Shown here: piece by piece, positions 60,598 through 64,000 of the stretch | Layout of the letters: each line of letters opens with the position of its first letter | Numbering within the stretch: position 1 is the stretch's first letter | NCBI GenBank assembly: GCA_045562595.1 | Contig: JBJKVN010000004.1 | Span: forward strand, 41,460 to 105,459 | From: Tepidiformaceae bacterium | Lineage (GTDB): Bacteria; Chloroflexota; Dehalococcoidia; Tepidiformales; Tepidiformaceae | DNA: 64,000 nt | Direction of reading: 5' to 3' | Position numbers and translations under genes: made by a program | Notes under the pieces: model-generated | The model's input: only the letters and a program-made list of their open reading frames with translations | Databases searched by the model: none | Told to the model about the DNA's origin: nothing

Positions 60598-61480
60598 TGT
60601 TCTGCTCTCCTTCTGTTATCTCTGTTGCCGACTGTTCACCAACTTCAGAAGTTGTTGTTGCTTTTTGGTCTAGCTCAATTGTTTCAGAATCCTTTTTCTC
60701 TGGAACGGAATCTTCTACCTGTGAAGCTGGTTCCTCTGAGCTGGAAGAATCGACGGCTTCAGCATTGGATATCCCTTCCTCTAGGCCTGCTTCAAATGAT
60801 GCTTTTCCTTCCAGAGCAGCATCCGTTATTTGGGCTAAGATTAATTTAATTGCCCTAATTGCATCATCGTTACTTGGTATTGGGTATGTAATTGGCTGTG
60901 GATTACAGTTTGTGTCCACAAGTGCAACTATTGGGATGTTCAATCTATCACATTCCGCTACTGCTATAGATTCCTTAACTGTATCGATAATAAATACTGC
61001 TCCGGGAAGACGATCCATGGATTTGATGCCTCCGAAGTACCTATTCATACGCACAATTTCGTTTGTTATATCCAATTGTTCTTTTTTGCTTCTGCGACTG
61101 TAGTCACCTTGTTCCATTCGATCTTCTAGATCTCGAAGGTGTTGAGTTCGTGATTGGATGGTTCTAAAGTTTGTTAAAGTTCCTCCGAGCCATCTGTTAC
61201 TGACGTAGGGAAGGCCTGCTCGTTGGGCTTCTTCTTCTACGGTTTCCTTAGCTTGTTTCTTGGTACCAACAATTAAAACGTCTTTACCTGTAGTAACAAT
61301 GTCGCGGACGAATGTTATAGCATCGTCTAAGCAACCTACAGTTTGTTGTAAATCTAGGATATGGATACCATTTCGTTCGGTGAAAATGAATGGTGACATT
61401 CTAGGGTCCCAGCGCCTTGTTTGGTGGCCGAAATGTACCCCTGCTTCTAAAAGTTGTTTCATTGTGACAGATGTAACCAG
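60590..61480 (-). CDS. rpsB: 30S ribosomal protein S2 with an acidic C-terminal extension
   Basis: Track ORF 60590..61462 starts at [18 protein letters not shown]. The in-frame upstream codons CTG GTT ACA TCT GTC ACA give [19 protein letters not shown], like the usual S2 N-terminus. GGAGG (61486..61490) lies 5 nt before CTG 61480. About 55 Ser/Glu-rich residues follow the conserved core. Confidence 0.9.
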   Translation of the reverse strand: MVTSVTMKQLLEAGVHFGHQTRRWDPRMSPFIFTERNGIHILDLQQTVGCLDDAITFVRDIVTTGKDVLIVGTKKQAKETVEEEAQRAGLPYVSNRWLGGTLTNFRTIQSRTQHLRDLEDRMEQGDYSRRSKKEQLDITNEIVRMNRYFGGIKSMDRLPGAVFIIDTVKESIAVAECDRLNIPIVALVDTNCNPQPITYPIPSNDDAIRAIKLILAQITDAALEGKASFEAGLEEGISNAEAVDSSSSEEPASQVEDSVPEKKDSETIELDQKATTTSEVGEQSATEITEGEQNTE

Positions 61481-61664
61481 GCTGCCCTCCGGGTGACGCA
61501 GGATTTGACTAACAAGTGAATGTTGTCAACGCCACACAGAGTCACAATACCTCCCTTGAACCTATTGAGAAAGGGAAGATTGAATGTTTCTTATTTACAT
61601 TTGATAGTTCTGGCGTTGAACTAGTAATCCTAGTATGGTTGTCGTAACACAGGAGGTGATGCAT

Positions 61665-61724
61665 ATGGATGACAGTAGTTGTAGTACAAAGCAAGAAATG
61701 ATGCAGGAGGTTTTGAAGCACTAA
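61665..61724 (+). CDS. Candidate 19-codon mini-ORF in the birA leader (MDDSSCSTKQEMMQEVLKH)
   Basis: AGGAGG (61651..61656) lies 8 nt before ATG 61665, and an in-frame ATG also occurs at 61659. The TAA is at 61722..61724. There is no homology evidence. The 3' half forms the 5' arm of hairpin 1. Confidence 0.2.
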   Translation: MDDSSCSTKQEMMQEVLKH

Positions 61725-61777
61725 CTGCTATTTCTTGCTTTTCTGCATAAAGGGTCTGGTAGTTTTCTGCCAGACCC
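61688..61777 (+). other. Two tandem strong hairpins in the rpsB-birA divergent spacer (function unknown)
   Basis: Hairpin 1: AAAGCAAGAAAT (61688..61699) pairs perfectly with ATTTCTTGCTTT (61730..61741), 12 bp, with an inner GCAG/CTGC helix. Hairpin 2: GGGTCTGG (61752..61759) pairs with CCAGACCC (61770..61777), 8 bp with a 10-nt loop. TTTTCTGC occurs twice (61739..61746 and 61763..61770). Confidence 0.5.
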
Positions 61778-61818
61778 TAAATAATTTCCAAGACTTGTTA
61801 AACCTTAGTGGTGGTCCG

Positions 61819-62589
61819 GTGACACGTTTTAATTCCGAAACCTTTTCCTCATTACTTGACACATCTTTCGTTGGTCGAAATTTTGAGCAGTATCAGGTTG
61901 TTTCTTCAACAATGGATATTGCTCGGGAAAGATCTCTTGCAGGGTGTGCTCATGGGACAATTGTTTTAGCTGAAGAACAAAGTGCAGGTAGAGGACGACA
62001 AGGGCGTTCTTTTTACAGTCCTGACTCGGAAAATCTTTACTTTACGGTAGTTTTACGTCTTTCGATTGATGCACATGCTCTTCTTTCCATAATTTTGGCT
62101 GTATCAACTATTCAGGCTTGTAGGGCGGTAGGTGTTGGGGCTGCTATTAAATGGCCAAATGATATTTTTATCGAAGAAAAAAAAGTTGCTGGGATGATTG
62201 TTGATGCAGAAATTTTTCAAGGAGATCGTGTCGCTTTAGCAGGAATCGGTATAAATGTTAACGGTACGCCAAGTGAACATCCAGATTTGAAGACTTCTGC
62301 AATAAGTTTAAAACAGGTTACTGGTTTAGTTGTTAGTCGAGAGCAGTTATTAGCAAGTTTCTGTAATTCTTTAGAAAAAAATTTGGGAATCTCAAGCTCA
62401 ATATTGCAGGAAGAATACAGGAAGCATAGTTTTTTGATTGGTCGGTCCATACGTGTCAAAGAAAAAGATACAGTTTATGAGGGGATTGCAGTGGATATTG
62501 CTCAGGATGGTGGATTGATTGTACAAATAGTGGATGAAGAAAACCCCCGCAAGCTTATTGCTGCGGAGGTTTCGATCCAACCGAATTAA
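61819..62589 (+). CDS. birA: Biotin--[acetyl-CoA-carboxylase] ligase (BirA, group I, no HTH domain)
   Basis: The track ORF starts at TTG 61735, inside the leader hairpins. GTG 61819, with GGTGG 4 nt upstream, gives a 256-aa protein. The GRGRQGRSF biotin-binding loop, KWPNDI and the C-terminal SH3-like domain are present. Confidence 0.85.
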   Translation: MTRFNSETFSSLLDTSFVGRNFEQYQVVSSTMDIARERSLAGCAHGTIVLAEEQSAGRGRQGRSFYSPDSENLYFTVVLRLSIDAHALLSIILAVSTIQACRAVGVGAAIKWPNDIFIEEKKVAGMIVDAEIFQGDRVALAGIGINVNGTPSEHPDLKTSAISLKQVTGLVVSREQLLASFCNSLEKNLGISSSILQEEYRKHSFLIGRSIRVKEKDTVYEGIAVDIAQDGGLIVQIVDEENPRKLIAAEVSIQPN

Positions 62590-62603
62590 TAGAGATAGTA
62601 CCG

Positions 62604-63419
62604 TTAACTATCTGTACTCGAATCACGGTTTATAAATTGGTTCAAGATATCCATTGGTATAGGGAATACGATTGTATTGCTATTATCATTTGAAATTTCA
62701 CCAAGCGTTTGCAAGTAGCGAAGTTGGAGTGAAATAGGTTCCTTTGACATAACAGCAGCAGCTTCAGCCAATCTCTCACTGGCTTGGAATTCACCATCTG
62801 CAGCGATAATTTTTGCTCTACGTGCACGCTCTTCCTCTGCCTGAGCAGCCATTGCCCGTTGCATTGTTGGAGGTAGTTCCAAATCCTTGACTTCGACAGT
62901 ACTTACCTTGATCCCCCAAGGCTCTGTTTCCTCATCGATAATATTTTGAAGTTGTTGGTTTACATCATCGCGTTTCCCTAACAAATCTTCGAGTTCAATT
63001 TGTCCCATGACTGAACGAAGTGTTGTCTGAGAAATCTGAGAAGTTGCACGGATGAAATCTAATACTTTTACGACGGCATATTCGGGGTTAAGAACACGGA
63101 AAAAAATTACCGCGTTAACTTTAATTGTTACATTGTCAGCTGTGATTGCTTCTTGAGTTGGAACATCCAATGTGATTGTCCGTAAATCCACTTTTACCAT
63201 GCGGTCGACAAATGGAAGCATGACAAAAAGTCCTGGACCTTTTGCTCCTTCTAATCGCCCAAGCCGAAATATTACTCCTCGCTCAAATTCTGAAACTATT
63301 CGAATCTGGAAGGGTAGTAACGGGATCAGTAAGATTGCGCTTACCCCAATTAAAAACGCTTGAATAATTTTAGTTAGTCCACTTTTGGGTTCTTCAGTAC
63401 TTTTATTTTCTTGAGTCAT
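62604..63419 (-). CDS. SPFH/band 7 (stomatin-like) membrane protein
   Basis: 271 aa. N-terminal TM helix, then the SPFH domain (IVSEFERGVIFRLGR..., AEGEFQAS-like coiled coil). Confidence 0.9.
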   Translation of the reverse strand: MTQENKSTEEPKSGLTKIIQAFLIGVSAILLIPLLPFQIRIVSEFERGVIFRLGRLEGAKGPGLFVMLPFVDRMVKVDLRTITLDVPTQEAITADNVTIKVNAVIFFRVLNPEYAVVKVLDFIRATSQISQTTLRSVMGQIELEDLLGKRDDVNQQLQNIIDEETEPWGIKVSTVEVKDLELPPTMQRAMAAQAEEERARRAKIIAADGEFQASERLAEAAAVMSKEPISLQLRYLQTLGEISNDNSNTIVFPIPMDILNQFINRDSSTDS

Positions 63420-64000
63420 CTATTTTCTCCATTTTACTTACTTTTAGTTGTAAGCCTTTTACTTCTAATATGCTTACTTGTTCGCCTTCATTAGCAGACC
63501 CATTGATGATTTCGGCTCTCCATAATTCGCCTTCGAGAAAAACCATACCATTAGGTTCTAATGGTGTACGTACCTCCGCTATTCTACCAACTAATGCGTC
63601 ACCTCCGGTAGGGGAGGCTCTGTTTCTCGAACGGGCGAGGCCTACTGTTATCGATATGAATAGCGTGGCAAGGATAAAGATTAACAAAAATGCAACAATT
63701 TTATTTGGTTGTAAGTCGGTTGGAGTTTCACGAAAAGTAATGATGACCCCAAGTATTAAAGCGACAACCCCACCACCGCCAAGAATACCTCCTGAGGTAA
63801 CCAAAAGTTCTAAGAAAAGAAAAACCATTGCAGCACCAATGAGTGCAAGACCCGCTGTATCAACTGGTAACGTTCCAAGTGCAAGGAATCCGACAACAAT
63901 TGCAATTATGCCTGCGACACCAGGCAAGAATAATCCGGGGTTACTTAATTCAAAAACCAAGGCCAAAAAACCCAGGGAAAGCAAAATTGTTGCCAATGTC
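63403..64000 (-). CDS. NfeD-family membrane protein (C-terminal part; the frame is open to the window end)
   Basis: Multi-TM region plus a C-terminal OB-fold (GRIAEVRTPLEPNGMVFLEGELWRAE). Classical NfeD-stomatin operon with a 17-nt overlap. The track start TTG 63996 has no upstream stop in the window, so the gene may extend beyond 64000 (long NfeD forms carry an N-terminal ClpP-like protease). Confidence 0.8.
   Translation of the reverse strand, partial: TLATILLSLGFLALVFELSNPGLFLPGVAGIIAIVVGFLALGTLPVDTAGLALIGAAMVFLFLELLVTSGGILGGGGVVALILGVIITFRETPTDLQPNKIVAFLLIFILATLFISITVGLARSRNRASPTGGDALVGRIAEVRTPLEPNGMVFLEGELWRAEIINGSANEGEQVSILEVKGLQLKVSKMEKIDDSRK

Overview
This is a 64-kb AT-rich bacterial chromosomal segment (roughly 40% G+C by eye, not computed). 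It is densely coding, with about 70 genes, very short spacers and many 1-4 nt start/stop overlaps.

Gene content is almost entirely core housekeeping:
- ligA (5' part, runs off the window start), then hisH-hisA-hisF-hisI, a RibD_C-like reductase and uvrA.
- A long minus-strand run: a 12S/5S/1.3S biotin-carboxyltransferase set, sufC-sufB-sufD-sufT, glcD-glcE-glcF, mfd and one unknown gene.
- tRNA-Ala(CGC), then rimM, a KH protein, rpsP, ffh, gap, and a tightly coupled HAD/MocA-like/plsC/cmk/rluB block.
- A metabolic stretch: Zn-ADH, OsmC, two family-III CoA-transferases, hydantoinase/oxoprolinase A and B, uvrC, a crotonase, a peroxiredoxin, two acyl-CoA dehydrogenases, yhhQ, a PduO-type adenosyltransferase and an aminotransferase.
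- gatC-gatA, a class-A PBP, fmt, cdsA-uppS-frr-pyrH-tsf-rpsB, birA and a stomatin/NfeD pair.

I saw no rRNA, CRISPR array, transposase, integrase or phage gene. The short EF-Ts, the CaiB/ACAD/crotonase/hydantoinase paralogs and the epoxide-hydrolase-like enzyme fit a marine Chloroflexota (SAR202/Dehalococcoidia-like) genome. That placement is inference only.

I did not find a convincing novel multi-gene system such as a defence island. The observations most worth a second look are:
1. A BCP/PrxQ-type peroxiredoxin whose peroxidatic Cys codon is an in-frame TGA, followed by a 13-bp SECIS-like hairpin. This is a candidate selenoprotein.
2. Four conserved genes (uvrA, hisA, tsf, rpsB) whose canonical N-termini line up with a CTG codon placed 5-9 nt after a strong Shine-Dalgarno sequence.
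3. Two nearby genes (essential cdsA and a TVP38/DedA-like gene) that each need a +1 frame correction at a short T run.
4. A mini-ORF and two strong hairpins in the birA leader.
5. Several small or unknown ORFs, including a 53-aa zinc-ribbon gene that falls below the ORF-track cutoff.
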